In this document: positions 1 to 11,700 of the stretch, one piece after another
Layout: each line of letters opens with the position of its first letter
How positions within the stretch are numbered: the first letter of the stretch is position 1
Origin: Amoeboaphelidium occidentale
Lineage: Eukaryota
Direction: 5' to 3'
DNA length: 34,067 bases
NCBI GenBank assembly: GCA_023515795.1
Contig: JALGPX010000129.1
Coordinates: forward strand, 1 to 34,067
The notes under the pieces: model-generated
What the model was told of the DNA's origin: nothing
What the model saw: only the letters and a program-made list of their open reading frames with translations
The model's database searches: none
Position numbers and translations under genes: made by a program

Positions 1-25
1 CAGGGCTTATCAAAAATATATTTCA

Positions 26-110
26 CTGCAATTTATTGCAATATATTGCAATAAATATATTGCAATTATTGATTGCACCCAACAGGGATATTGTAAATAT
101 ATTGCAATAT
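26..110. repeat. Left subterminal ATTGCAAT palindromic repeat array of the hAT element
   Basis: Several TATTGCAATA-like units; the same motif is arrayed at about 2150-2195, 3313-3425 and 3810-3900. Confidence 0.8.
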
Positions 111-192
111 AACACTGGAGAATTGCTTGTCACTTCTAACTGTTTCCAGCGAGATTTAAGGTCATCTTGATCTTGGATTTTTTCTCAAAAGA

Positions 193-1860
193 ATGAATAA
201 GCGAGTTGACCACAAACCAGAACAGGACAAAAAGTATTTATTCGATGCGACTGATAACGCCGATGAATGGAAGTGCAAACTTTGCAGTAAGACGATCAAA
301 GTAAAAGAGAAAACTGGTTGCAGTAATTTCAAAACTCACGCATGTAAGCACTCTGCTGCTGTTGAATCAATCAACGCCGCTATCGAGGCCGAGAAAGACG
401 GATCCAAAGCGCGACTTAAAGTGTCAACCACTGTTGATCAAAAGCATTTGAATATCTTTGGATGGATTGAATGGATTTTGATGTGCAATTTAGCGTTCTC
501 GTTCGTCAGTAATCAATATACGCGAAAGTATTGCAACCTGCTTCCTATTTGCGTAAACACTCTAAAGAAGTATATGACGAAACTTCTTGTCAAAGTTGAG
601 GAAATAATTGCCGATGAACTACCGGATAAATTCGGCGTAGTTTTGGATGGTTGGACGGAATCTGGAACTCATTATATGGCTGTATTTGCAACTTTCACAA
701 AAATTACTGGCGAGGCCGTTCAATACCTTTTGGCGTGTAGTCCAATGGGGGATGAAACATCACAAAGTGCAGATGCGATAATCGATTTTTTAGAGGACAC
801 CATGGAAGTTTTCGGTAAGACAATCGATTGTATCAAGTTTCTGGTTTCTGATAACACAGAGGTTAACCCTTCAGTTTGTCGTAAGTTAAAGATACCTTTC
901 ATTGGCTGCATCTCACACAGGTTGTCTTTAGCTATGAACCGCTTTATGCAGCTTGAGCTGTTCTCTGACGACATTAGAAACATTCATAATTTGATGGTTA
1001 AGCTGAGTCATGCGAATAAGCGTGCTTATTTACGGAAGTTTGGGTGTTACTTGGCGCCTGTACAGCGAAATGAAACTCGATGGAGCTCTACCTTCAACAT
1101 GCTTAATCGATATTTTGATTCTGCAAGAGATGGCCAGTTAAGTTTTGAAGAAGCTGTCCAACGTATTGGCGACTCCAGAGAATGTTTCAGACAACGAGTC
1201 GCTCAATTGGAATTCGCGGCTTTGATTCCAGATCATGATTCTGAGGAGTGGAATAAGCTTAAAATTATGCACACTATTCTTTCAAAAGTCGACGAGACTA
1301 CGAGGTATTTGCAGACCTCAAATTTGAATCTTATGGATGCCAAAGAGGCGATTGATTTGCTTCTAGAAAATTTGCGTGAGATAGGAGACGTCGCGAATGA
1401 ATTGATTCCTATCATTGAAGAGTTTTGTTCAGATAGTTACAGCCAAGTGGCCCCTTATGCAGATTTTGTGCGTGCAGCCAGAAAAGTCCTTATTGACCCG
1501 TTAGTTGCCGTCACTGACGATGAGATACAGCTGTTGGTTGATTTTGAAAAGGAATTCTCAATCGATACTGCAGTCGATATTAGCCCCATTAAGGATTCTG
1601 CAACCCAGCTGGAGATTCCACACAAGAGAAAGAAGAGGAAGATTTTGGAGAATGATTTGCGTATAAGGTCGCATAAGTTGGCGTATCATGGTCTAGAATC
1701 CATTTGCCCCACCTCAAACATCTGTGAACGGTTGTTTTCGTTGGCTGGATTAATTTGGACCGATATCAGAAAATCTATGCTCCCGAAGACAATGGAGATG
1801 CTTCTTTTCTTGCGGGTAAATCGTGTTACGAATAGCTCAGTTAGTTATTTATTGATATAA
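193..1860 (+). CDS. hAT transposase with N-terminal BED zinc finger; last 16 aa replaced because of an LTR insertion at 1824
   Basis: BED-like WKCKLC...FKTHACKH; catalytic-core motifs LDGWT, SDNT, GCISHRL (CxxH), TRWSS and PTSNICERLFS. It ends VTNSSVSYLLI* inside the insertion, whereas the uninterrupted copy ends SLWNINTVAEALKAED*. Confidence 0.92.
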   Translation: MNKRVDHKPEQDKKYLFDATDNADEWKCKLCSKTIKVKEKTGCSNFKTHACKHSAAVESINAAIEAEKDGSKARLKVSTTVDQKHLNIFGWIEWILMCNLAFSFVSNQYTRKYCNLLPICVNTLKKYMTKLLVKVEEIIADELPDKFGVVLDGWTESGTHYMAVFATFTKITGEAVQYLLACSPMGDETSQSADAIIDFLEDTMEVFGKTIDCIKFLVSDNTEVNPSVCRKLKIPFIGCISHRLSLAMNRFMQLELFSDDIRNIHNLMVKLSHANKRAYLRKFGCYLAPVQRNETRWSSTFNMLNRYFDSARDGQLSFEEAVQRIGDSRECFRQRVAQLEFAALIPDHDSEEWNKLKIMHTILSKVDETTRYLQTSNLNLMDAKEAIDLLLENLREIGDVANELIPIIEEFCSDSYSQVAPYADFVRAARKVLIDPLVAVTDDEIQLLVDFEKEFSIDTAVDISPIKDSATQLEIPHKRKKRKILENDLRIRSHKLAYHGLESICPTSNICERLFSLAGLIWTDIRKSMLPKTMEMLLFLRVNRVTNSSVSYLLI

Positions 1861-1871
1861 TGTTGGATAGN

Positions 1872-2199
1872 AAAGAAGAGGAAGATTTTGGAGAATGATT
1901 TGCGTATAAGGTCGCATAAGTTGGCATATCATGGTCTAGAATCCATTTGCCCCACCTCAAACATCTGTGAACGGTTGTTTTCGTTGGCTGGATTAATTTG
2001 GACCGATATCAGAAAATCTATGCTCCCGAAGACAATGGAGATGCTTCTTTTATTGCGGGTAAATCGCAGCTTGTGGAACATCAACACTGTTGCGGAAGCC
2101 TTGAAAGCAGAAGACTAAAATAAATTCCAATTAATATTAAATACTCCAATATTATTGCAATATTATTGCAATATTTATTGCAATTATTTATTGCGTTTG
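1872..2199 (+). mobile_element. 3' fragment of the hAT element without the LTR insertion (empty-site version)
   Basis: Near-identical to 1628-1823, then continues GTAAATCGCAGCTTGTGG with a single AATCG. Native stop ends at 2118, followed by subterminal repeats. Bounded by Ns. Confidence 0.85.
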
Positions 2200-2200
2200 N

Positions 2201-3435
2201 AACATTCATAATTTGATGGTTAAGCTGAGTCATGCGAATAAGCGTGCTTATTTACGGAAATTTGGGTGTTAATTGGCGCCTGTACAGCGAAATGAAACTC
2301 GATGGAGCTCTACCTTCAACATGCTTAATCGATATTTTGATTCTGCAAGAGATGGCCAGTTAAGTTTTGAAGAAGCTGTCCAACGTATTGGCGACTCCAG
2401 AGAATGTTTCAGACAACGAGTCGCTCAATTGGAATTCGCGGCTTTGATTCCAGATCATGATTCTGAGGAGTGGAATAAGCTTAAAATTATGCACACTATT
2501 CTTTCAAAAGTCGACGAGACTACGAGGTATTTGCAGACCTCAAATTTGAATCTTATGGATGCCAAAGAGGCGATTGATTTGCTTCTAGAAAATTTGCGTG
2601 AGATAGGAGACGTCGCGAATGAATTGATTCCTATCATTGAAGAGTTTTGTTCAGATAGTTACAGCCAAGTGGCCCCGTATGCAGATTTTGTGCGTGCAGC
2701 CAAAAAAGTCCTTAATGACCCGTTAGTTGCCGTCACTGACGATGAGAGACAGCTGTTGGTTGATTTTGAAAAGGAATTCTCAATCGATACTGCAGTCGAT
2801 ATTAGCCCCATTAAGGATTCTGCAACCCAGCTGGAGATTCTACACAAGAGAAAGAAGAGGAAGATTTTGGAGAATGATTTGCGTATAAGGTCGCATAAGT
2901 TGGCATATCATGGTCTAGAATCCATTTGCCCCACCTCAAACATCTGTGAACGGTTGTTTTCGTTGGCTGGATTAATTTGGACCGATATCAGAAAATCTAT
3001 GCTCCCGAAGACAATGGAGATGCTTCTTTTCTTGCGGGTAAATCGTGTTACGAATAGCTCAGTTAGTTATTTATTGATATAATGTTGGATAGGCTTTTTA
3101 TATTCAGAAGGTAATGGTCACAGTCTCAGAGCACTCATTCTCATTGGTTGTGTAATGTTACACAATAATGGACACGTTTCACTGTCCTGTACATGTGTTT
3201 CATGAGAAGTTCAATTACTCTCAACAAATCGCAGCTTGTGGAACATCAACACTGTTGCGGAAGCCTTGAAAGCAGAAGACTAAAATAAATTCCAATTAAT
3301 ATTAAATACTCCAATATTATTGCAATATTATTGCAATATTTATTGCAATTATTTATTGCGTTTGAACTTTCTATTGCAATATAATATTGCATTGATATCG
3401 CATATTGCAATTATCCTGCAATAATATTTTGATGA
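2201..3435 (+). mobile_element. Second partial hAT copy (3' half of the transposase, with the solo LTR and a truncated right TIR)
   Basis: Near-identical to 979-1870 with a few SNPs (e.g. RKVLID vs KKVLND). It ends TTTTGATGA, lacking the terminal GCCCTG of the TIR. Confidence 0.85.
3046..3226. mobile_element. Solo LTR (181 bp) nested in the hAT transposase gene
   Basis: Starts TGTTA and ends CAACA, flanked by an exact 5-bp duplication AATCG (3041-3045 and 3227-3231). The empty site with one AATCG is at 2062-2066. Partial copies are at 1824-1870 and 3692-3723. Confidence 0.88.
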
Positions 3436-4083
3436 CTTGGCAAGTCATCAAATGCATTCAATACACGGACATAAATTCATCAAACTGGGGAACAGGCCTT
3501 CATCAATATCAATGGATCAACTAGCAAAGGAGCCTTTTGTTGGCGGTATTCCGTATTATGTTGTTGACGCTGTGCATCCCCAGAATACAAGGCTTTCAAG
3601 TGGATTTAATTATACGCCCAGTTCAAGTTTAAGTGCATCCTCTGGCGCCGGATTTACTGAACCAGATGAAAATTTGATGCTTGATCTTGANGTGTTTCAT
3701 GAGAAGTTCAATTACTCTCAACAAATCGCAGCTTGTGGAACATCAACACTGTTGCGGAAGCCTTGAAAGCAGAAGACTAAAATAAATTCCAATTAATATT
3801 AAATACTCCAATATTATTGCAATTATTTATTGCGTTTGATCTTTCTATTGCAATATAATATTGCATTGATATCGCATATTGCAATTATCCTGCAATAATA
3901 TTTTGATGAGCCCTGTGTATTGTTGATGACATCGCATTCTCAAACAAATTCTAGACATGTTTTAGACATAACCAAGACTCGCCTAAAGAAGATCCAATAT
4001 AGACTTACAGAGCATAACCACGGGGGAAGGATATCAGGGAGTGGTTCAAGATCTTTTTGAACATCTGCTACCATATTTTACGG

Positions 4084-4149
4084 TCGTTTATTTCGTACCA
4101 AAACTTACTGAAAAACATGATCATTTTTAGTTTGGTACCAAATAAACGA
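4084..4149. repeat. 66-bp AT-rich quasi-palindrome (MITE-like remnant or foldback)
   Basis: TCGTTTATTTCGTACCAAAACT ... AGTTTGGTACCAAATAAACGA (one mismatch, one indel) surrounds a near-palindromic core AAAAACATGATCATTTTT. Confidence 0.65.
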
Positions 4150-4157
4150 TATTATCT

Positions 4158-4325
4158 TCTCTATTGGATAACTTTGAATGGGCTTTTGGTTATGACATGA
4201 GATTTGGGTTGTATGAAGTTGACTATGGAAAGAACCATGATGGTGTTGATGCGACACTTCAAAGAAAATTGAGACCTGGCTCTGAATACTTTGTCAAAGT
4301 TGTCAAGAAGTTTGCGCAGCCTTAG
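4158..4325 (+). pseudogene. 3' fragment of a glycoside hydrolase family 1 (beta-glucosidase) gene
   Basis: Translates SLLDNFEWAFGYDMRFGLYEVDY...QRKLRPGSEYFVKVVKKFAQP*, the GH1 C-terminal signature. There is an in-frame TAA at 4143-4145 and no AG acceptor between it and the motif. Not in the ORF track. Confidence 0.8.
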
Positions 4326-4368
4326 CAAAAATAAAACGGTTAAGCTCTAAAGTTTTTGTGACTGCGAT

Positions 4369-5781
4369 ATGAATCAAACAGCACCTGAAAATCAGCTCGA
4401 GGATGCTGCTGTAATGCTGAGGCCTGCGAAAGCAAATACGCGATCAAAAAGCGCCCTATTGCGTCTGAATATTCCTGATAATCTTTTGAACTATGAGCCT
4501 CTGAACAAAGAAATCTCTGCATTGTTACCAAGAAACTACAATTTCGAGATCCATAAGACTATTGATCAGATACACAAGTTCAATGCAAAGCGTGTCGCGC
4601 TTCAATTACCAGAAGGTCTACAAATGTTTGCCACTGCGATTTGCTCAATTCTGGAGAAGTGCTCATATCAAAAGGCGATTTATGACGGTGACGCTCCTTT
4701 GGAACCTCTTGATACCGTGATACTCGCGGATGTTACTTACGGAGCCTGTTGCGTTGATGACTATACGGCTAAGCAATTGGACTGCGATTATATGGTTCAC
4801 TACGGACACAGCTGCCTTATTCCCATTTCCAAGACTCTAATCAAAGTTCTTTACGTATTTGTCGACATATCATTTGATATTTCGCATCTTCTGGAGACAA
4901 TTAAATACAACTTTTCACCAAATGAGAAACTTGTCATGATGGCGACAATACAGTTCTCTTCCTCTTTACAGCAGATCGTTGAAATACTTCGAGAGCAGGG
5001 TTACATGGATTTGCATGTCCCGCAAATCAAACCACTATCCCCTGGAGAAGTTCTTGGTTGCACCTCTCCAAGACTGTTGGATAAGTCCAAAGTATTGTAT
5101 TTGGGAGATGGAAGATTTCATCTTGAATCTATGATGATTGCAAATCCGCATTTGGATGGTTTATTTTATCGTTATGACCCTTACTCTGCGACTTTGACTA
5201 GAGAATATTACGCGATGCATGACATGCTTGTGATGAGAAAAGAGGCTATTTTGGCTGCTAGAAAACCATCTGCTAAAAGATTTTGCATTGTACTCGGAAC
5301 ACTTGGTCGACAAGGCAGTGTTAATGTCATGGAATGGTTGCAAGATAGTTTAAAGCAAGCTGGAAAAGATGTTCTTGTGGTTTTGATGTCCGAATTATCG
5401 CCGGCAAAAATTAAAGCATTTGAGAACGAGAAGCATATTGATGTCTGGATTCAAACCTCATGCCCGCGGCTTTCGATCGACTGGGGGTACGGTTTTAATG
5501 TGCCTTTGTTGACGCCATACGAAGCAATGTTGTGTTTATTGCCGGAAGTAGAATGGGAAACGAGAAGGCCAAAATGGCTTGATGCATGTGATCAACAAAG
5601 CTGCTCAAAGCTCTACCAAGACTGGGAAATGTATCCGATGGATTTCTATGCTCACGATTCCCTGGGTAAATGGACTCCAAACCATAAAGAGAAGGATGAT
5701 AAGAAAGATAACGAAGCTGCGGCTGAAAAGAAAAGACTTTTAAAAGAAAGGTTAAAAGCACTTCGATCATCGGCTAAATAA
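4369..5781 (+). CDS. DPH1: Diphthamide biosynthesis protein 1
   Basis: LPRNYNFEIHKT, RVALQLPEGL, DVTYGACCVDD, HYGHSCL, PGEVLGCT, GDGRFHLES, GTLGRQG, CPRLSIDWG, YPMDFY. Confidence 0.96.
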   Translation: MNQTAPENQLEDAAVMLRPAKANTRSKSALLRLNIPDNLLNYEPLNKEISALLPRNYNFEIHKTIDQIHKFNAKRVALQLPEGLQMFATAICSILEKCSYQKAIYDGDAPLEPLDTVILADVTYGACCVDDYTAKQLDCDYMVHYGHSCLIPISKTLIKVLYVFVDISFDISHLLETIKYNFSPNEKLVMMATIQFSSSLQQIVEILREQGYMDLHVPQIKPLSPGEVLGCTSPRLLDKSKVLYLGDGRFHLESMMIANPHLDGLFYRYDPYSATLTREYYAMHDMLVMRKEAILAARKPSAKRFCIVLGTLGRQGSVNVMEWLQDSLKQAGKDVLVVLMSELSPAKIKAFENEKHIDVWIQTSCPRLSIDWGYGFNVPLLTPYEAMLCLLPEVEWETRRPKWLDACDQQSCSKLYQDWEMYPMDFYAHDSLGKWTPNHKEKDDKKDNEAAAEKKRLLKERLKALRSSAK

Positions 5782-5783
5782 AT

Positions 5784-8700
5784 CTATTCCTTGTTCTTTG
5801 CCTCTTCAATTGTCTTCTCTAAGTTAGCTCGCTGTTGCTGTATTTTCAAAATAGCTTCAGTAGCCAGAGCGTTAACGTTGTCTCTGCCGGCGAGAGTTGG
5901 TTTGAGATTCTTAACTAAAGGCTTTTCTGGTGTAATATCAACAGAACTGACTTTGGGAGAATCTCCTTCTGCATTTAATATCGCAATATTGTCCGCAACC
6001 ATAGTTCTTCTGTTCTTACGCAGAGCAACGGAACCACCTGCTTTCATTTGTTTGATGGCATTTTCCAAATCTCCTTTTTCCATCATAATTCCAGGTTTCT
6101 TAGCCTCAGCTGCTGATGGGTTTTCGCCGGACACTGGAGAAGCGACGGCTTTCCGTTTTGTTCCAGGTGAGAGTTGTTTTTCCTTCTGAGCCTGTTTTTT
6201 AACTGCATCCTCGATCTCTTTTCGTGCTTTACCACAACTGCCACTGAACTGCAGCAAAATAGAGAGGAAATCTTCAAATGATGTAGTGGCAGGATCTTCA
6301 CCAAACATTTGCAAAACTTCAGCCGTTTTAGTATCAGCTTCATTTACACCACTTTCAAGCTCCGCAAGTCTAGGCTTTGCAGTTTCCAAAAAGCTCTTCA
6401 TTTTCTCAACAAACAAATCTTTCGCAATACTTTCGTTGACTGCAGTTTCTGATTCCTCTAAAATTTTGATCTCAGCTTCAACCAAGTCTAATCCTGTGCG
6501 AAGCTGTTTAATCTGGCTTCTCAAAGATTGCGAATTAATTCTTACAGATGCTTCTAAATGTGTCATTTCGTCCTAAATAATTAATGACTTGAAATTCAAA
6601 AAAGCTTACATTAATGTAGTCAACCATTCCCTTGAACTGTTCATTATGGTCACTTAAATGTACCAAATAATGTAAAAGTGTAGTCACACCAAGAAGCTCT
6701 TTTGGCATGTCCTCTCCAAAAGGATTGCTTCTGGTATCTCTTATTTTGTTCAAGGCTTCCAACTGGTATCCATAAGCTTCTCCCCTAAAACTCCCACCGT
6801 TCAACAAGTTTCCTAAACCTAGAACAGTTTTCAGCAGAGTTTTGAATTTAGAGGAAGTCTTGACTTCCGCTGTTGTCGCTAGAATGTTAGAAATATCGGG
6901 AGCAACTTCATCGCATTCAATGAAGAATCTCTTTTTCAATATCCAGCATTGCAGTCTCTGTGAAATCCTTGGTACTAGCTTAATTTGCAAAAAGAATTTT
7001 TCTGCTACACCCAAGTTTTCAATAACAGAATCAGCTGTACCACCAGATGATGCTACATTTGTATTGATGTACTCATCGATTTGCTCAAGATCTTCTTCTG
7101 TAGGTGGAACCTGCTTTAATGCTTTCAACTGATCCAAGTTCAACTTTTCGTCATCAAGTTTTAGCATCGAGTCCCTTATTTCAGGGTAAGACATTTTAAA
7201 GCGAGCCAACATAATCGCAATATTATTTGCCCGATTAAAGTCAATAATAGTCACAACTTTCTTTGACGGCGACGCTGCTGGAGTAGCGACAGCAGCATCT
7301 GACGCTGAAGCCGCAACTTTCTTGCTGAACAGTTTCTCGATTTCCTCAGATTTTATACTCTTCATCAATTCATCTTCGTCTTGTAGTTCTTTCCATACTG
7401 TCTTTGGTATATTGTTCACAGCAATCTTGTTCCAAAACAGATTCTTCATTGGAGCTTTAGGTTTAATCTTTGGCTTTGCTTTAATTCCAGGAGGAAGCTT
7501 GTTCGCAACAACTGCCATACCAGGCGGAGCTGGAGGACCTCCAGGAGGAGCAGGTGCACCAGGAGGCGGTGGTGGGGGTGGCCCAGCTCCTCCGGGTCCT
7601 GGTGGTGGAGGTGGTGCCGGAGGACCTGAAGAGTCAGAGCCAGGAGGAGGCGGCGGCGGTGGTGGAGCGAACGAGTCAGATCCAGGTGGAGGAGGAGGCC
7701 CCGGTATAATCGAATCGCTTCCTGGAGGTGGCGGCGGCGGAGGAGGGGCATTGTCAACAACAGACTGTTCCTCATTACTGGGTGGTGCGATGTAAGGTAC
7801 AGCGGCGGATGCCTGAGAAACCTGGTTATTCGATGAGACGCCCACTTTCAACTTCTCAATGTTTGCCTTCTGATCTTCAATCACCTTGGTTTTCTCTTCC
7901 AACTCTGTTTTAGCCTTTAAATAGTCTTGCTTTAATTTCAATACGAAATCAAAATTGTTTGTATTCTTATGTTCTTCTGCTTCCTTATCCGGCTGCTCTT
8001 GTTCTGGAACCGATTTGCTTTCAGTTCCAACTAGAGGAGCAATTTCATTTCTCAAGACTTCAATAGACTTCTCAAGATCTTCGTATTTACCCTTGATTTC
8101 AGAATTTTGACTCTTGTACTTGACAAGTTCTTCAACTATAGCCCCAAACTTAGGGTCGAATACGGCGAGTTCCTCATTCTTGGAGTCTGATGATTCTTCT
8201 TTAAGCATTCTTTCTTCGAAAGATTTCACCATCATTTGAACCATCTCGCTTCTTTCCCTTTGCCTCTGATGCACCTTTTCAATTTCAGCCTGAAGAACCT
8301 GGAGCTCCTTTTCCTTCAGCTGTAATTTCATGATCGCATCGGCCGCTTTCAAATTAGAACCCAATGAGCCTGCCTCATCTGTTTGAATTTCTTTGGATTC
8401 CAGACTTTTCGTAGACTCCAAGTTTCTCTTCTTAATTTCTTCTTGCAACTTTATGATGGCATTCTGGCTCTCATCAGCCGCTGCAATGTTTTTCCTCAAC
8501 GTTTCTGCAAATTCGTCTTCCTTATCCTTAAACTGTTGCTTTAACGCCTTAATTTGTTCTGCAAAGGCTGAGACTTCGGCTTCTTTCGCAAAAATCTTAG
8601 ACTTAAGATCAGAAACTTCAGGCGATTCACCAGCAGCGAGATCTGAAGTAGATGTTGAAGTTTCGTTCTTCGAGACGCTCACACTTTTAGCCTTTTCGGA

Positions 8701-11700
8701 ATCGTTTGAAGACGATACTTGAGGTGCATCACCCGCAATATTACCCAACTTTTCCTGAAGCTCAACCAAGGCAGACCTAGCTGTTTTGGCCTCATTAATC
8801 AATGTGGATATCTGACTTTCAAACTTGTTGCGTTCATCGGATAATTCCAATTCTTTTGCCTTTAACAAATTATTGATTTGCTCTTGCTTTTCAATAAGAA
8901 TCTTTTCTAGTTTTCTAGATTCATCTAAAAGCTTTTTCTCCAAAGATTCCAGAATCTTTTCCTTGCCATCAAGTTGTGCTTTGTAGTCAAGAGCTTCTTG
9001 TTGATAAAGTTTAACGGTATTTTCCATCAGCTCCATCGCACTCTCATATTCTAGTCTTTCATCCTCTGACATAGCTGGAGCGCTGGCTTTGCTCGTTTTC
9101 AGCTCTTCCATTTTTGCCTCTAGATCCTTGTTAAGCGATTTGATTCTTGCCAACTCGTTCATGATAGAATTGTAATCTTGATTAAGATCTGTTGTAGAAG
9201 TGGAAGTTACGCCAGTCCGAAGAGCCGAACGCCGACCTCCATCTGGACTACTAACAGCGGTTGTATTTGTATTAATAGGACTTACAATGCTATCTACAAT
9301 TGTTGCAGGAGAACGTGCTTCGTCAATGGCGATTGATCGCTTATTCAATGCTGCAAGGTCGATTTCCAAAGCTTGTGGGTTCTTTTCGAGTAATTTTTCA
9401 ATAATGAGCACTCTGTAATTGTCATAGTATTCATCGACAAATATTTGCACGACGTTTAGAATAATCTTTTCGACATCATGAGTAAGAAGTGTGTCAATCT
9501 TGTTTCCGAAAACGCCTACAAAACGTTCCATCACCGTGATGCATTCTGTCAATCGATTCACAAAACTTTCTCTCTCTGGCTGTGCAAATGAAGTCTTTGC
9601 GGCCGTCAAACAAAGCAATATTGATTGCAAAACTTTGATCAAATTCGAAGATAACGAAACGCCGCAAGAAGACTTGTAATAGTCGAGAATGCCTACAATT
9701 TCTTTAACTAGACTCTCCAATGAAAGAACATCCAGTCCTCGTTCACTCTTGCTCTTAACAATAAGGGCTTCAGCTTCCGTTAAATCAAGTTTCATTTCTT
9801 CTTCGAAAATCTCAATCTGTTGCTGAAGATTCAAAGGCGAGCTCATTTTCATGTTATTCAACTCGTCTTGTGTCAGACCTCGTTTCATAAACTCGTCTCT
9901 CAATTGCAATCGCAGCTCCAGTGAGTCAGGTGTATTAATCAATAAATTGATCAAAGTCATAACACTCGTTTTATAATCAAAAGCAAGAACTGGATTCTTT
10001 GAATCTGAAAACAGAAATTTCTTGTTACCAGAACCTTTGTTTCCTGCGCTGGTAATAGATTCAACTAAATACTCAAAACGACTCTTTTCATAGTAGAAGC
10101 CCTTGAAATCCATAAATCCATTGACAACAAGTTTGTGGCCAATTTCCCCAGAGATCATACAAAGAGCTCCCAATACGTCTGCAACTGTAGTTCTCAACTT
10201 ATCATTATGAGTGTTCATGCACAGAACCATTTTAGAAACAATGAATTGAGAGTTTATGACAGCTGTAAATCCAGGCTCTGTGTTCAACAAAACTCGAAGA
10301 CAGCGAATAGACTCGTATTTGATGTCTTCATCTAAATCAGTCGCAACCGAAACATCTAGCGCTTTATCTAAAACCGCAGATATTCCAACTAAACCTTTGT
10401 TATCCACTAGGAAATCTCTAATCCATTGAATCTTTGCGGTTGAAATAGTGACTCTTAATCCAACCATTAGTTCATGTATTTGTCTGCTTGATGTCTGCTT
10501 GTTCACGACTGCGAGTCTATCCAAGTAGAATTCAACAGTTTTAGGATCATTATGTGTGATAGCAGCATTAGCGTTTGTAAGAGTCATTCCACCAGAACTC
10601 GATTGTGCGTGCGTGCTTAGCAAAGTTGCTGATGATTTGGTTGTCAACTTTTTATCTGAAGGTGCCGCACTAACATTCGTTGATTTCGCAGCACTCATCC
10701 TTAGCTGCTGCAGAAGTAATGTAGCTTTTCTATCTTTCGAGTATGACTTCATCTCTTTACGAGCAGCATCGTTTCTAATATTCAATTCGTCAAGAAGCTG
10801 CTCAAACATTTTCTCAAACTCCTTATTAGCCAAACCCATGATCTTATCCATAGCTTTTTGTCTATCCGAATCTTTCATTCCATCTCCGAGGTACTTAATA
10901 ATTTCGTCTCTTGCAGTCTGAACAGGTGAACTTATATCGTCAACAGAAGGGCTGTTTTTCTTTTGCTTAACCAAATTTGTGGTGGATGCCTCTGCAGGAT
11001 TTGTCGGAGCGAATGAATTATTCTTTGTGAATTTCAATTTAAAGGCACTTGAGTTCATTCTGCTTAACCAAGATGTTTTCTCGGTGAATGTAAAGAAGTA
11101 GTCCTTCAATAGCTTACTCTGCAACATGGACTGCACGTCTGATCGTAATTTGAACAGTAATTCATCTTCAGCTACTTTTCTTTCTGTCCTTTCACCTTTA
11201 TCAGTTTCTCTTATCTCAAATAGATGATATTTAACACTAGAAGAATTTCCAGCTGCTTGCCCTGAAGAATCCTTTGAAGGGGAACCAGAACCACTTCCTG
11301 TTAATGAGCCAGGCCTCAAAGAATAATCATAAATTATTTGTTCAGCCATAACTTCTGCCGTCATCATGGGCGTAATGTACACAGTAGTAGTGCAATTATC
11401 TGGAAATTCTTGAACTCCCTTGAAATTCACTTTTACCGTCAAACTCGATGAGACAAGCCTGAACTTTGGCAAATCAACGGTAGAAGCACTTCCCTGAGAA
11501 ATACTCTTTCTGTGCTTTCTCGTTCCAGAACGCTTAGGAAGATTAGCATCCTCTTGCTGAGCCGACGCTGGAACATTCGCACTAACAGGCGATGCACCCC
11601 ATTTTTGCATCTCCTCAGCAATAAGCTCTTCATTGTCCATCACCCTAAACATTTGCTGCATCAATTCAGTCTGAGTAAATTCTTTTCCTTCCCTCTTCAT

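Larger units (their letters stand above)
1..3915 (+). mobile_element. hAT-superfamily DNA transposon; several partial copies or alleles concatenated at single-N joins (1871, 2200, 3691)
   Basis: TIR CAGGGCTTATCAAAA (1-15) matches the reverse complement of TTTTGATGAGCCCTG (3901-3915) at 14/15. Dense (T)ATTGCAAT(A) subterminal repeats occur at both ends, and a hAT transposase lies inside. The left TSD is outside the window. Confidence 0.92.

Noticed and set aside
26..110. ATTGCAAT arrays as a CRISPR-like repeat
   Set aside because: The units are short with no unique spacers and sit just inside hAT TIRs in a eukaryotic genome.
3437..3766. 109-aa ORF
   Set aside because: It crosses the N at 3691 into LTR and transposon sequence, so it is chimeric.
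1..3915. A real tandem array of four hAT elements
   Set aside because: The fragments overlap in content and are joined at single Ns, which fits unresolved repeat contigs. Their true arrangement cannot be read from this sequence.
7322..7795. Gly-rich + strand ORF
   Set aside because: It is the antisense shadow of the formin poly-proline FH1 region; other short overlapping ORFs are likewise shadows or alternate frames.
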